Source: Giardia intestinalis | Taxonomy: Eukaryota | Strand: one strand, 5' to 3' | Length of the DNA stretch: 64,000 nucleotides | Assembly: GCA_000002435.2 (NCBI GenBank) | Contig: CM018789.1 | Shown here: positions 9,682-24,600 of the stretch, in pieces | Position numbering within the stretch: the first letter of the stretch is position 1 | Layout of the letters: every line of letters begins with the position of its first letter | The notes under the pieces: generated by a model | The model's input: only the letters and a program-made list of their open reading frames with translations | The model's database searches: none | Told to the model about the DNA's origin: nothing | Made by a program: the position numbers and the translations under genes

Positions 9682-12600
9682 ATGGACCTTCCTGAAACGG
9701 CAAGAAGCGCCATTGACAGAGATGCAACACAAGGTGCTCGCCAGCTAGCAGAGCACACTGAAAAGATCACTAGGTCCGCACGGGCTGATAATAAATTAGC
9801 CTTTTCCAAGCACTATGTTCCTCAGTCAAAACGTCCGATTGTGAAGCCACGACAGGCATCTGGAACGACTCTTAAAGTTCCTATGCTGCTAAGTGGGCTG
9901 AGCGCTAGCCATCAAGAGCACGACGTTTCCCAAAAGTCCAGTCGCTTGATAACGACTGATCGACTTCACCCTACATCAGAGCTAGCAAAGATTTACCAAG
10001 ATGGCACCGTTGGTGGAACAGATGCTAAGTGGCGTGATGTGGAGCTCAAGGGCTACGAGCCGGGACCACCAGTACGCTATATGTCTGCAGCTCAGCGCAC
10101 CTCTGCGACTCTTAGACTGGGTTCAAGCGGGCGCCCACCCTCTGGTTCAAAGCGCAATGATATTAGAGCCGTTGGGCAGCTTACCTATGAAGAGACAGAA
10201 GCAGGCATTACCATGGACCCAGCCAAAAGCTTTCTAAGTGGCTTTGATGATAGTCAAATGGTAGATGAAATTCTCACTGAGCGAAATCTGGCCGGAACCC
10301 CTGGTTCAGCAACCCCACGCTCTAATAGGTCTGGCTCCCGACCTTCCTCTGGTGCACCGACAATGTCAGAGAAGATTGGGCGCTTGATGAGGCCGCGAAC
10401 AGCAGTACTTGATCTTGACCTCCCGAGAATGGAGCACTTTCGGCCAGATGCACGTGTGGACGCCGTTGTTCAGGCCCTTTCTGATTTCTCAAAAGATTAT
10501 CCAGTGTACCAGACTGAGGAAAGCTACAACATCATTCTTAAGAGCATTAGTCGAGACTTGTATAGCTACAAGCTTCTAGCGAGAGGTATCATTCCTCCGG
10601 ATATCAGAGAAGAAGGAAGCACAGAGAAGGAACTCATTCAGTCTATCCAGTCTTTCAGGAGTATGCTTTTGAAGGATGAAAACGATGGCTTCCTTCCACT
10701 AGAGTTTTTCGACGCAGAAGAGATCTATGATAACCATTCTCCGACTGAGTGGCTCACGATGCATCAGCGTACATTTAAGCTACCTGACGAACAGCGGCTC
10801 AAGGGAACACCGGCACGATCTCGCTATGTAACCACGGTTGGCGGGCAGACTGTTTTTCTATTAGAGCCCGTGGTCGTGCAGAATTACGATGAAGAGACTA
10901 GATGCTTCGGCGTTCAATGGTTACCTAAAGGGTCAGTAATGCTTCCTAGAGAAGAAGATGACTTGTTGTGTAGACACATCTTTTGCCTTAGAACTATAGA
11001 TGCAAATAATATCCACAGACTTGACTACACAAAAGATTCAGTAACCTTTACCGATTGTCACACGGTGACTGTCGGGGTGACCAAGAATGTCAAGCGGCTG
11101 AACCTGCTTTTCGACGACGAAGATGAGAGAATTTGGTGGCAACGAAGATGGGCTGCCCACATGCTTCGCCGGAAAATTGAAGCAGTGTCTAAGCTTGGGC
11201 TTTTTCTTAAGATCTACATGGAGAGGGCTCTGAAGTTTAAGACTATGCGCACCGAGCTCAGCTGTTATGCGCCCACTCATATTCCTCCCGATTTTGAAGC
11301 AACTCCGCTTCTCGAGATACTCTCAGACGTTTCGGGTCCAACTTCTGAAATAATAGACAACATATTTCATAAGTACTGCTTAAGCAATCCCTTATTTGTG
11401 AGCTTCTTCCTCAGTCATTTATCAAAGGCGGATTACTCTAAGGCACTGACTCGTGCAGAGCAGTTGGTGCCAGACGTCACAGCCAATATTATCGAGTCCA
11501 ACATGTTAGCAAGCATCGACTACCTTCGCCGCTCTGCACGGTTTGATTCTAGTATCCAAACAATCGGATTATGCGCGCCATTCTTCATAACTGAAGGCGA
11601 TAAGTTCAAGCTCCTTACACAGAAGCGCTTCATAGCCACCCTTTCGGGCGAGTTTCTCCCTTCCCAGCCAGTAACAAGTATTCTGCGCTATCTGAAACGT
11701 CGTTGCCGTCAGGAACGCCGCCTTTTCTCGGTATGTGCTGGCTATAACAAGGCCTACAGACTCCTTCAAGAGGAGTGTCTCTCACTTCAGTGTATGGAAG
11801 GGCTCCTGCTTTTCAATGTTGCTGGGGTTGCTCCGTTTATTGCCCAGGATCAGATTTGCGTTATCAAGTCGGGCATAGGAGGTGGAATCCAAGCAGATAA
11901 GGAGTCTTATCGAATAAAGCTCATAGTAGAAGATGATGAGACAAAGCCCAAGCCAAAGCAATCTGGAAAACAGAAGGTATCATCTGGAAAACGAAAACTA
12001 GCTGTAGCAACAGATCAAGATGAGATAGCCAGTGATGTAGAGAATGCAGACAAAAATGCCGAAGAAAAAAGTGACGACAGTACAGATGACATGACAAACA
12101 TCCCATTCTATGCCGCACCTCTTTCAGTGGCCAAAAATACGTTGGATCTGGGTGTCGTCTCTCCAGGCTGTCCATTTCTTCTTGATCGTTTCGTACTTAT
12201 GTCCAGGTGTCATAGAGCACGCATGATTAGCTATCTTCGTGATACTTTGCACGTTGATCTTTCAGCGTCAATTCTTTTGGCGTTGAACGAGGTTGGGATA
12301 GATGTTTATATTCCAAATAGGTTGCTGAAAGAATACATTGACTACGAGTCGCAGATTCATGGCTACGAGCTTTATATGGAGTTATACGGAGATCGCTACC
12401 TGTTTGACAACGCCATGGAGCCTGTTCAGATGCTTATGCTAACAGGAACTGATCGCAATGATCTACAAGGATCGGCAGCTATGCTGCGGAGTGCTACTGC
12501 CAATGCCTCGCTCTTGGATGTTAAAACTCCTGACGAGGACAAAGCCGTCACAGACCTTTTGCACGTTAATGAAATAGATGAGCTAAGACGCTCCATTATA

Positions 12601-15600
12601 GGATTTGATAGTAAAAGCCTTGCAATCACGATTACAGATCGTTTGAACAAGCTAAGAACTACGAATACACTTGTGGATGACCCTGCTATGTCCGTGGGTG
12701 CCACAACTAAAGATAAGACTACCAAATTAAATCAAAGAATGACGGAGGACAGCGACACATCAAACTTCTCCATGTTTAGCGACATGCGTCCATCCAATAC
12801 TGTTAATAACGAATCAATGAGTCTCAGAAAGGCTTGTCAGAAACACCGGCCTCAACCGCGCTCAGGAACACCGACCGAATATGATAATAGCGTAGCCTTG
12901 AGCTCAAATTTAGAGAACGACATTTTAGATGGCTCTACTCTGGAGCAGCGAGCCTCTGTGTTGGTCACTGACACCCATAATAATAGTGCGAAATACTTGC
13001 TCAACGGAAACCTTTCGGCAAGAGGCCGTGTGCGGGATTCAGCCGATCTCCTGGCGTTTTCGCGGCTCGTTAACATGATGAGATATGATAGTATTATGGA
13101 GGTCAGTAAGAACAGCATTTTCCGCTATATGGATATGTTGCACTTATTCAAAGGATCCAATAGAATCAGCTATAACTCTGTCAAGGAGCATATTACCTCC
13201 ATGTTTAGCAACTTCTCCAAAAAACGCTTCTCTGTTCAAGAGGCCAAAGATATCATAGACAAGGCTGCGCAGCCTATATTTGAGTACGTGCCATCCACTA
13301 TGGTAACTAGCTCCCTCATTCAGCTCTTTATTGACTTTGATGCTGTTGTGCGCGACATTGCACCCCTCGATAAGATGACCACTGGAACGATTCAAACGTT
13401 CACCTCCTTTAGCCTCACAGATTCAAAGCTAGACTCACTGAGCCCATCCAAGACATATCCTGCCTCTGCTATCTCTCAAGGCCTTGACATACCTTTGATT
13501 GATGCAGACTTTGATAACATGCCGACAAGACCTGTTGTGACTATTGATGAATTCATGCAAAACTTGGATATGGCTCCCCAGGCATCCATGACCTCTACAT
13601 CCATGATAACGGAGCAGCAGGAGCATGTGTACTCGAGGCACACCCAGTTTAATGCATACTCTAACTATGTAGAGAATTTGAAGGTTCACTTTAAACGTGC
13701 GCAGTACCCGACGCTTGTTGGCCTAGAATTCTCCATCTTTCCCTCTATCTCCGCAATAGAATCTGCAGTGTATGACAATTATGCTCAAATCATTCAGACA
13801 ACATGTGAGATACCACTGATAGAAACATCCATGCCCTGCTTTGAGGGCGATCCATACTACGCTAAAACTGGCACCCTGCTCGGGCCTGATCCCGTGCATA
13901 GTCCCTGGCTTAAGGAGAAGCACGAGGAGCTGCTTCAGTATCTCCACGAATCGTCCGTCGGGCCGCAGTGCGTCTTGGAGGTGCTTCGGGCCATATATCG
14001 CCAGCTGTTCCTCGTGGACCATACTGATTATATAGATAGAGAAAGCTTTCAGTCATTCTTACAGCAGAACAGTACGTTTAGCGAGATAGACTATTTCGTT
14101 AAGCTAATGCCTCCGTTAGATGAGTTCCATAACGTTGCACTGGTGGAAGAGGACGTTAACAACGAAGAGGATCTCTTCCTTGTTGGCTTTGACGGGTGGG
14201 ACTATGACTTTGTCGATAGCGAGCAGCAGAAGCGTAACTTGAAGGAGGCCGAAAATAAGGAGCGGGCACAGGCTGCAAAAGAAAAGCATCACGATCATGA
14301 GTCTAGCGAGGCAGATGACGCAGATGACGAGAACGATGATCAACACGACGACGCACTGAAGGCACCTACCACTACCGAACATGGAGGGACCGGAGATGCA
14401 AGGGAACAGGCCGTCACCGTTAAGATAAATAACACCTGCTTGTCACTGAGGGACTTACGGAGCTTTCTGCTCAAATACACAGCACTAAAGGAGCTCTTGC
14501 GGAAGTTCCCACCCAAGATAAACTGCGGGCTTTATCAGGTGGATTGCACAAAGATACTCGATATTTTTGTAAAGCGTTGTCAGATGCTGCGTGCCCAGGT
14601 GGCGAGGGTCATTCACTTCCGTGCCATTGGCTACTCCAATCGCTTGATTCAAGAGTGGGACGAGCTGAGGGACAAAATGACCACAGATACTACCACCTCC
14701 ACAGCCATATATGCAGAAATACGCGCATATGTCAATAATATAGAAGCAACAGTCGCTGCCATGCAAAAGCGCCATCAAATTCTAGATAGGTACATGGGTG
14801 TTTTGGACGAATTTAGCATCTCAACATCAGACTTTTATAAGTGTCTTAATCATTATGAGGAGACACTTGTCAAGTTTGCGCTGGAGAAGTCTCAGGGACA
14901 ATACAGCAAGCTGGTTGACAAGTACAAGACACGCGTGGCTTACCTTTATAATACACCAGATAAATATGGGGACAAGGACCTTGCCACATTGTACTGGACA
15001 GTCCGGGCAAAACCAGTGGGAGTCATTAACAGCAAGGAGGGTGCTGAGCGGAGACTCCAGGAAGCATTTGCTATCCTGGCGAAGGTGAAGGACGCAGAGC
15101 GCGCAGATCTAGCAGAGCTCATGGCAAAATATAAGGCAATGACTGTCAGCTTTGCTCAGCGCGCAAATCTCAACGAAGCACCACAGTTTGCCGATGAGCT
15201 AGTCAGCATACAGAACTACCGTGAGAAAATAGACCAGAAGGTGGAGGTTTTCTTACTCGAGGAATCTCAGTTGGGCTTCCAGCCCAGTGAGTTTAAGAAC
15301 TATGAGCTCACAAACGAGGACTTCCAGATCTTTAAAGACCTCTGGACCATAGTATCCTCATTTACACACAATTATCCCATGTGGTTCAGTGGAACGTTTA
15401 TCGACTTGGACCCTCGTCAGATTTCCACCAGTATCAATGAATGGGCAGGGAATCTCCTACGTCTGCAGAAAACGTTAGCCAAGATAGGGCGAACGGCAGG
15501 AACCTACACAAAGATAAAGGACAAGGACAGAGCAGCATGCTGCCAAGATAGCATCTCCATCACCGTCGAGATTATTGCGAAGCTAGACGAATTTCGAGGC

Positions 15601-18600
15601 ATTATGCCCCTGATCGAGTCTCTCCGTAACCCTGGTCTTAAGCCACATCACTGGAAAGAAGTTAGTGCTTTAAGCAAGTCTGGAGTAGCTATCCAGCCAA
15701 CAGCTAGTCTTACATTAGTTCAACTCATTGCCGACGGCTTTTTGGAGCCAAAAACTCTTGAGCGTGTGGTATACATTTCAACCTCAGCAACTAAGGAGTT
15801 CGCAATAGAAAAGAGCCTGGACAAGATGACCCAGGATTGGAAGAGCGTTAATCTGGACATGAAGTATTATGGAAAACACGAGGTTATAGAAGCGTCAAAC
15901 AGCAAAGGTGATGAGCAAAAAGTCAGAGTCTACAAGTATTACATTGTGAAGACGTTCGATGAAATTCTCCTGCTGTTAGACGAGCAGTTCTCTACCCTTC
16001 AAGGTATGCGCGCATCCGCTCATGCAGCCAAGTTTGAAGCACGACTTCTTGGGATGGAGAAGAAGCTCGTCTATCTTCAAGATATCGTGGAGGAATGGAC
16101 TCGTTTCCAGCGTCTCTGGATGTACCTGGAGCCCATATTTACATCGGATGATATTAAACGGCAGCTGCCAGAGGAGTCAGTGATGTTTGCCGATACATGC
16201 GTGTTCTGGGCTGACCAGTCTTCGGATGCATACAGATCTCCCGCTGCAATGGCCTTAGCCGGGCGCGACTATGCGGTAGAAAAATTTAGACATAATTTCA
16301 AGCAGCTAGAGATCGTTAATAAGCACTTGTCCAGCTATCTTGAGAACAAAAGAAGGTCATTTGCAAGATTCTTCTTCCTGTCAGACGAGGAGCTACTGCA
16401 AATTCTTGCGCAAACACGTGATCCAGAGGCGGTTCAGCCGCATATCTCGAAGTGCTTTGAAGGGATCAAGTCTCTCGGCTTTAGGCTTGATGCAGAAGGG
16501 AAGAAGGAGATATTTAGTATGATCTCAGCAGAAGGTGAGGAGATTACGTTCGATGGAGCTATTGTTCCGCAGGGAGACGCAGACGTGTGGCTCGGAGAGA
16601 TAGAGAAAATGATGAAGACAGTTCTCAAGCTTCTAATTAAGCAGGCTTTTAATGACTATAAGCAGAATGTCTCCGATTTTGAGTCTCTTGAAGAGCTCAA
16701 CAAGATGCAAATAGCTCTTCAAAACACGCTTCCTCCAGCCATAGACGAACCTAGGGGTAGAAAGAAAAAGGCAAAAGCAGACGCTGCAGAAGCTGCTGCA
16801 GAGGAGGCAAAGCTAGAGGAACCGCTCGTTCAAACCTACTCCGACATCATCATGGCGCCGCGCGAACAGTGGATAACTAGGTGGCCTGCACAGGTGATCA
16901 TTGTTCTTGGACAGGTTATTTGGACGCATGAAACAACCGTTGCAATCAAAAAGCAGGAAGATCTATACAAGCGCAGTTTGGAGGAGTACATGTTAAAGCT
17001 TAACTACGATATAGATAAGATTGTGCGATGGGTAGGATTTATTCCGGGAAGCACAGAAGAAAAGGTCCCCATTTCAAAGAATATCCGAGCATTGCTAGTC
17101 ATCCTTTTGACCCTACATGTCCATAATCGCGATGTTGTCGCGAAAATACAGAAGGCATTCTTTAATAAAAACGCTTCTATCGACTATAGCTTTATTTGGG
17201 AGGCAGAGCTCAAGTTTAAGTACAAGCTTTTAGAGAATGAACGAGCCCCCGCAGACGATTACGCTCTCTACACAAAACAGGTGAATGCAGAAATCCCATA
17301 TGCATACGAGTATATGGGCATTGGTACCCGGCTTACTATTACGCCTCTTACGGAGCGATGCTACCTGACCCTGACATCAGCGATTGTCAGCTTCTACGGC
17401 GGTGCTCCACAAGGTCCTGCTGGCACAGGAAAAACAGAGTCAACCAAGGATTTGGCAAAAGCCATCGGCATACAGTGTGTTGTTTTCAACTGCTCAGAAG
17501 GCCTAAACACAGCCTCCATGGGCCGCATGTTCAAAGGCTTGGCGATGTCTGGAGCTTGGAGCTGCTTCGATGAATTCAACCGCATTGATGTGGAGGTTCT
17601 TTCTGTTATCGCTCAGCAGATTTTGACGATTCAACGTGCCATTAGCATGCGACAGAGGCGCTTTATTTTCGAGGGAGCCGATATTAGCCTCAACTCCAAC
17701 TGCGCTGTGTTCATCACAATGAATCCGGGCTATGCTGGTCGTGCCGAGTTGCCAGACAATCTGAAGGCCCTGTTTCGGCCTATCTCCATGACGGTCCCAG
17801 ACTACTCCTTGATAGCCGAGGTCATGCTATTTGCATGTGGATATCGCGATGCAAGCAAGTTAGCTGTTAAGCTGTGCATGAGCCTGAAGCTCAGCTCTGA
17901 GCAGTTGTCGAAGCAGGATCACTATGACTTTGGCATGCGTGCACTGAAGAGCATACTGTCCGCTGCTTCCCTTCTTAAGCGGCTTTACTATTTAGAGCGT
18001 GAGGACAAGCTTTGTCTTCGAGCGCTCAACTCCGTCAATGTACCGAAGTTCCTCCAGCAAGATGTAGTGCTATTTGAGAACATAGTCAGCGATCTCTTTC
18101 CAGAGTGCTTTGCCGATAAAGTACGAGATAGTGGCAAGAAAAAATCACGGCTTACGAGCGCAAAACCAGAGTCCCCTCAGACCAAGGCGAAGGACGAAAC
18201 TTTGGAGAATGAGGCTTTACTAAGTAACCTTATAGAACAAGCAGGGTTACCCGAGGTCATCGATCTCCACGAAGATGAATTAGATGGTCAAGAATTCGAC
18301 ATCGGATATGTTTCAAAAGACATAGATGCAGAGGACTTGCTTCGTCTGTTTATTGGAGCTGTACTGAGAGAAAAGCACCTCCACGATTCTGTAGATTTTA
18401 TCGAGAAAACAATGCAACTTTACACAACACTATCCGTTCGTCACGGGCTGATGAATGTTGGCAGAACAATGTCAGGCAAGTCAACGATCACAGACGTTCT
18501 CTCCGTGGCCCTCGGTAATGTGCGTAAGTTCTTCACTAAATACCCGGAGTTCGCGTCCCGCTTTTCACATGAGGCATATCCACTTTTCTACCCTGTCCAG

Positions 18601-21600
18601 GTGTACAAGCTTAACGCAAAGTCGATCACTATGTCAGAGCTCTACGGAAGCTTCTCAGACGTTAGCAACGAGTGGTCTGACGGGATAGTGAGCTCCATAA
18701 TGCGTGAGTGCATCAAGGAAGAGGCTGAGTATCGTCTAAAGTGGATATTATTTGACTCTCCCGTTGACGCTCTTTGGATCGAGACCATGAACACTGTTTT
18801 AGATGACAACAAGAAGCTGTGTCTTACGTCTGGTGAGATAATTACAATGACTGCTAACATGACTATCTTCTTTGAGGTTATGGACCTAAGTCAGGCCTCA
18901 CCCGCTACCGTTAGTCGGACAGGCATGATTTACTGTGACCGCACGCTTATTCCACTTTTCAATCTCTTTGTAGCTTTAATGCATCGCTATCTTCCCCAGT
19001 GGTTCTTGGCTCTGGAGATAAACACTGCAGCTACTTGGCCGTACTTCAAAGTAGTAGAAAACCCAAATTACCAGCCAGCAGAAGGAACCCAACCTATCCC
19101 GCCCGAAGAGCTTTTGATGTTCCGTGCTATGAGCGACATCCAATTGGCTGGCAGTTCTAACCCATCGGCACGTGCTATTTTAGAAGGGTATCCCAATCCA
19201 ATCATGACTTGCAAGGAGAGGTTAGAGAATTTGTTCCGTTGGCTCTTCATTCCGCTTGCCACCACGCTAATAAAGATTCGCAAGCCGACTATCTATGCAA
19301 CCACTCATACAATGGTGCTCACACTTATCAAGATAATGGCGTCGCTTCTATCGCACTATACCGCGCCAGCTTCTGATGTCGTTCTAAATGAAGAGGAGAT
19401 AGATGAATATAAAAAGCGCCTGCCGCCACTAAAGGACCCTGGTGTGCTAATAGACGCTCTATTTGTCTTCTCTCTGACGTGGTCTGTCGGGTCCTTTGGG
19501 GACCTAGAAACGCGTGCCCTCTTTGGAAAGCTGTTCCGGCATCTTGCATATGACGTCCCGGCTGTTGCTTTGGCCAACGCAGTTTCAGCAGGTGCGACTC
19601 TTCCACCACCTAAAGATCCCGATTTAGAGCAAAAGATAATGTATGGTACAAAGCAGCCGACGATAAGTGGGTTCAAACTGGGCAAGCAGGAGCATGAGGC
19701 AATTTCTGCGAGAGCTTCATCGGTGGAACAGTTCTATCCATCACTAATGCCAGATTTCATGCAGTACGACATATATATTTGGCCAATGAGTACGCCCATC
19801 CCTTACACAGACGATGAACGTGAAGCAGACCGTCCTGGATATGTCTGTCTTCCGCATGACGTTTTCATTATTTCTAAGACTGCAAAGCAATCTTTGGTGC
19901 CCGGAGAATCCAAAGATGCAGGTGATACATCTATTACTCCTGTCGTGCTTGCGCAATCACTTGAACTGCAGTGGGTGCCATGGTGCAATAGCGTTCACTT
20001 TATCCCTACACCAGAGATTACGTGCACCACAAACTACATTGATACGGTTGTCCCCCACAACGACTTCACCAGCCTTACAGCTATTCTCAACATCCTCAGC
20101 TCCTCGGGCTTCCCTACTCTGCTAGCAGGTCCGGGCGGGTCTGGGAAGTCGACTATTGTCAAGAAGTTAGTTGACCTACGGTCAAATGACATTCTTCTTA
20201 AGTGCTGTCTTACAGCAAACACAACCTCTGGGCAGCTTCGTTCTATTGTTGATTCAAAGTTAGAAAAGCGTAGGCGAGGCGTGTACTCATTTACGCGTGG
20301 AAAAAAGGCTGTTTTCTTCGTCGATGACGCACACATGCCCGAAAAAGAAAAGTATGGAGCACGCCCTCCGCTTGAGGTCATCCGCCAGCTCTTGGAAGAC
20401 TATGGGTGGTACGACATCGAGGGAGGCTTCTTTAAGAAAATCATTAACATGACGTCGATTATTGGCTGCACCACAAACGGCGAGAATATAGACGACATAC
20501 TTCCGGAACGTCTGGTACATCACTGCTGCACCATTTCCGTTCCGGAGTCTGCTGACGAATCCTTTAAGACAATATTTACGACTCTTATAAAGCCGCTCTT
20601 TTCAGTGATTTCCAATCCTGCTTCAGGGTACATGGAACCCATCATATCTGCTTCAATTCAGTTGTACAGGAATATCTGCAAAGAATTTAGACCCACACCT
20701 GTACACCCGCACTACATTTTCTCTCCTCGAGACTTGAGTAAGGTGTTTCAAGGAATTATGTTAGCGGTTAAGAATGCAGCTGTTACGTCCCAGAACTTCA
20801 ACGCCTACTATTCTCAAGAAATTCCCATTGTATCCCTTTGGGTGCACGAGTGCACCAGAGTCTTTGCAGACAGGCTCGTGGACACCGATGATGAGAGTAA
20901 GTTCTTTACTCTACTTTCTACCGCCTGGCGCACGTGTCCTGTCACAGGAAGTCATCCCCCTGAAATTAAAACGATCATTCCGGCTGCAATGCAATCTGGT
21001 ACTGGAATAGAGGTATATTTTGGTGGCTGCCATGCTCAGGCAGACGAAATACCGTACATGCAGCTTAACATAGAAGCTCCAGAGGAGAGGGAGAAAATTG
21101 AAGCATATTACTACGATAGCCTTGAGTCATTCAATCGGTCGGTAGGTGCCGTTGGCAAAATGAAATTGGTGCTTTTCAAATATGCCCTTGTACACCTCAT
21201 ACGTATCGCCCGAGTGCTTTCGATGGATAGGGGTCATGCCCTCTTGATTGGAATGCCGTCCTCTGGAAAGCGCTCTCTAACTCGGTTGGCAGCCGCCAGT
21301 CTAGCCAACTACTATAACAGTATGGAGCAGATCACAGGCCCGAGCTATGTTTACACTAGACCATCTAGCATCAAAATCTTAGAGCCCTCTGGCAAAAGTG
21401 ACTTTATAGATTGCATCAAGGATGCAATTCGTTTTGCAGGCGTGGATGCTAATCCAACCCTTCTGATTGTTCAGGAAGCCCTTGCAGATAACTACGGACT
21501 AGAATGCATCAACTTTCTTGTTAACCTGGGAGAAATACCGAATCTCTGGGCCGCAGATGAGATTAATAACATATGTGAGGTAATGATTGCGGATTTGCAG

Positions 21601-24600
21601 AAGAATAAGAAAGAGGGAGAAGGAGGAGAGGATATAAGCAAAGCACGAGTGTTTGAAGTGATTGCTGACCGCGTTGTGCGAAATATGCACATAGTGATTG
21701 TGACGACCCCAGAGTCTCCGTCGCTTGATAGACTAGTCACCTCTTTCCCCTCTCTCATCGGTTCCCTCTCTGTCAACTGGTTCCACCCATGGGAAACGGA
21801 TACATTGCGAAATATCTCTAACTTCTATCTCTCGGAGCATGCGCAATCCAAAGCAATCACAGAGCTTCTTGTTACCATGCACAGGGATGTTGAGACTCTA
21901 ATACATCGTAGCTATCCATCTTTGTCCGCATCTCCAGCCACATTTCTGGGGATACTAAACACATTTCAATCCTTACTTACCCAGCTCACAGGAAAGCTGG
22001 ACAGCGGAAATGTACGCTATTCAAATGGCATTGCGCGTTTAGCAGAGACAGAAGAAGCTGTGGGAGCTCTGAAGGAAGAGCAGACAGCAAAGCAGCCTAT
22101 TCTAGCAGCAGCACAAAAGGAGGTCAACACAATGGCTCGAAACATAGATGCCCGAAAGATCGACGTCGGAAAGGTTAAGGAGGTGGTATCTGCTGAGGAG
22201 GCTGTTGTTAGCAAGGCTTCTGCGGAAGCTGACGCTCTTGCCGAAGACTGTGCAGAAGAGTTGCGTAAAGCAGAGCCGCTTGTTTACAGAGCGACAAAGG
22301 CGCTAAACGCACTCAAGCCATCTGATGTTAATGAAGTTCGTTCCTTAGCCACGCCTCCTAAGCTTGTGCGTTTCGTAATGGATGCAATCTGCATCGTTAA
22401 AGGGATTAAGATATCCAGCGCACCAGATGCAGACAATTGGCCTATAGCTCAGAAAATGCTCCGTGCCAACGGCTTCCTCCAATCGCTAAAAAGCTATGAC
22501 GCTGAGAAAATGCCAGATGCAATAGCGGCAACCCTGCAGAAGACATATCTTTCCTCATCAGACTTTGACCCGGTAGCTGTGCAGAAGTCTTCCATTGCTG
22601 CAGCAGGACTGTGTGAGTGGGTCCATGCCATTATAGCATATTATAATGTCATGAAGGATGTCAACCCTAAGCGGCAAAAGCTGGCTTTGGCTAATGCTGA
22701 GGCAAAGAAGCTCCAGGATGAGCTTGCTGTTAAACAAAAGCAGCTTAAAGACGCAGAAGATGAGCTTTCCGGACTGGAGGCAGAGGCAGCAAAGGCACAG
22801 AAGGAGCTACAACGTCTCTCGTCAGAGTTTGAGCTTTGTACAAATAGATTGACCCGTGCAGAGGGCCTAATTTCAGGCCTCTCGGGAGAAAAAGTACGGT
22901 GGAGCGCGGAGATAGATAAGCTAGAAAAGCAGAAAACCAACATCTTGCCAACTGCGGTCTCAGCCACCTCATTTTGCGCATGTCTCGGAGGAATAGATTT
23001 TGCTGATAGAGACTCTCTCTACAAGAAGTGGTCAGCAGAGATCTCTGCAACATTCCCGGGAGTCGAGGATTCCATTAAGAATTTCAAGCTGCATGAAACG
23101 TTAGCAGAGCAGGCCTTTATAAGTCGGTGGGTTAGTAATGGCCTTCCTCGTGATTCATTTAGCTTAACAAGCGCCTGCATCGCAATGTCTAGCAAGAAGG
23201 TGCCTTTGCTTATTGATCCGCAAAATCAGGCGCGTAAGTGGGCTGCAACTTGCTTGGGTCAGGACATGCGTCAGCAGCCATCCGTGACTTCTCAGGTCAT
23301 CCGCATAGCCGACCCCAATCTCCACAAAGTTATAGAGCAGTGTCTCCGAACAGGTACAATGCTCATTATTGAGGGCATTAGCAACAACTCGTTCATCCGT
23401 AATGATGCCCGCATTAAGGCAGCTATTGTGGCCCATAATCTTATTATGTCTCTGACATTGCAATCTGAAGAGCTTAGAGCAGTGGAAGTACGGTTTGGGG
23501 ATTCTACCATAGAAGTTCCCCCGACGTTTGGTCTCATTCTGGTCAGCATGTGCGACATCCACATCCCTCCGGACTCCTTCGGCGACTTCACAGTTGTGAC
23601 CTTCAAGGCGACAAAGGAGGCACTGGAGGACCTTCTTCTATCTGTTGCGGTGGAGTGCGAAAAACCAGAACTGGAGAATCAGCGAAAGCATCTACAAGCA
23701 GCAGCGGCAGAGGATGCGACCACGCTTTTGACTCTAGAGACACAGCTGTTGAATCTATTGTCGGAATCGCAAAACAGCGAGGAGGGCCAAACCCTTTTGG
23801 ACAATGCTGTCCTTGTTAACGCACTGAATGAGACCCAGCAGCGCGCGCTCGATATCTCTCGGCGCATGATCAAGGCAGCCAAGACATCTGCCGACATAGA
23901 TGCGGCGCGAGTGGGATACAGATCTCTGGCGAATGACGCCAGTGCCCTCTACTTTGCCTTCCAGAGACTCGTGCAACTTGACTCGATGTATGAAAACTCC
24001 CTGCAGAACTTCATAGCTCTATTCCGCAGTGTTGTTACTGCTGGAAAGAGTATTGAATCTGCAGACAGGCTCCACATCATATCCCGTAACTTTGCAGAGA
24101 AGCTCTACACGTACGTTTCTCGCGGCTTGTTTGTGCGCCACAAGCTAGCATTTGCATTTGATATATGTCTCAGCCTCCAGAGAACCAGCGGCGAGATTAG
24201 CAATGAGCAGTTCAATCTGCTATTGGGCGCCCTGGGCGGGACCATTCCAGCCAAGGAAGCTCCCTCGTCCAAGCTCCTTAGCTCTGTAACCGACGACGAG
24301 TGGACTCTCTTTTCTGCGGCATGCAGTAGTAGGGCCTTTGATGCCCTTGCACTGGATGCGGATAGCATCGAAAGGTACTCCAAGCTTCTTGGGTCTTCCC
24401 CGTCCTCCACCTCCACTACCGTTGTAGATCGCACTTCGGACTTAAGACAGACGGACCCGTTGGCATATGTCATCTTCTGTGCATGCCTGGACCGAAAGAA
24501 TCTTCTTGAAGCCGTCAAGGCGTACATTCGCGCTGCCCTGGGACCAGAGTTCGTCAATACTGAAGCGGCGAACATCGTAGACATCTGTGCAGAGGCTACG

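Noticed and set aside
17358-21300. Four separate P-loop NTPase ORFs (GPAGTGKTE, GRTMSGKST, GPGGSGKST, GMPSSGKRS) that could be read as a cluster of AAA+ ATPases
   Set aside because: They are the AAA1-AAA4 modules of one continuous 5631-aa dynein heavy chain ORF.
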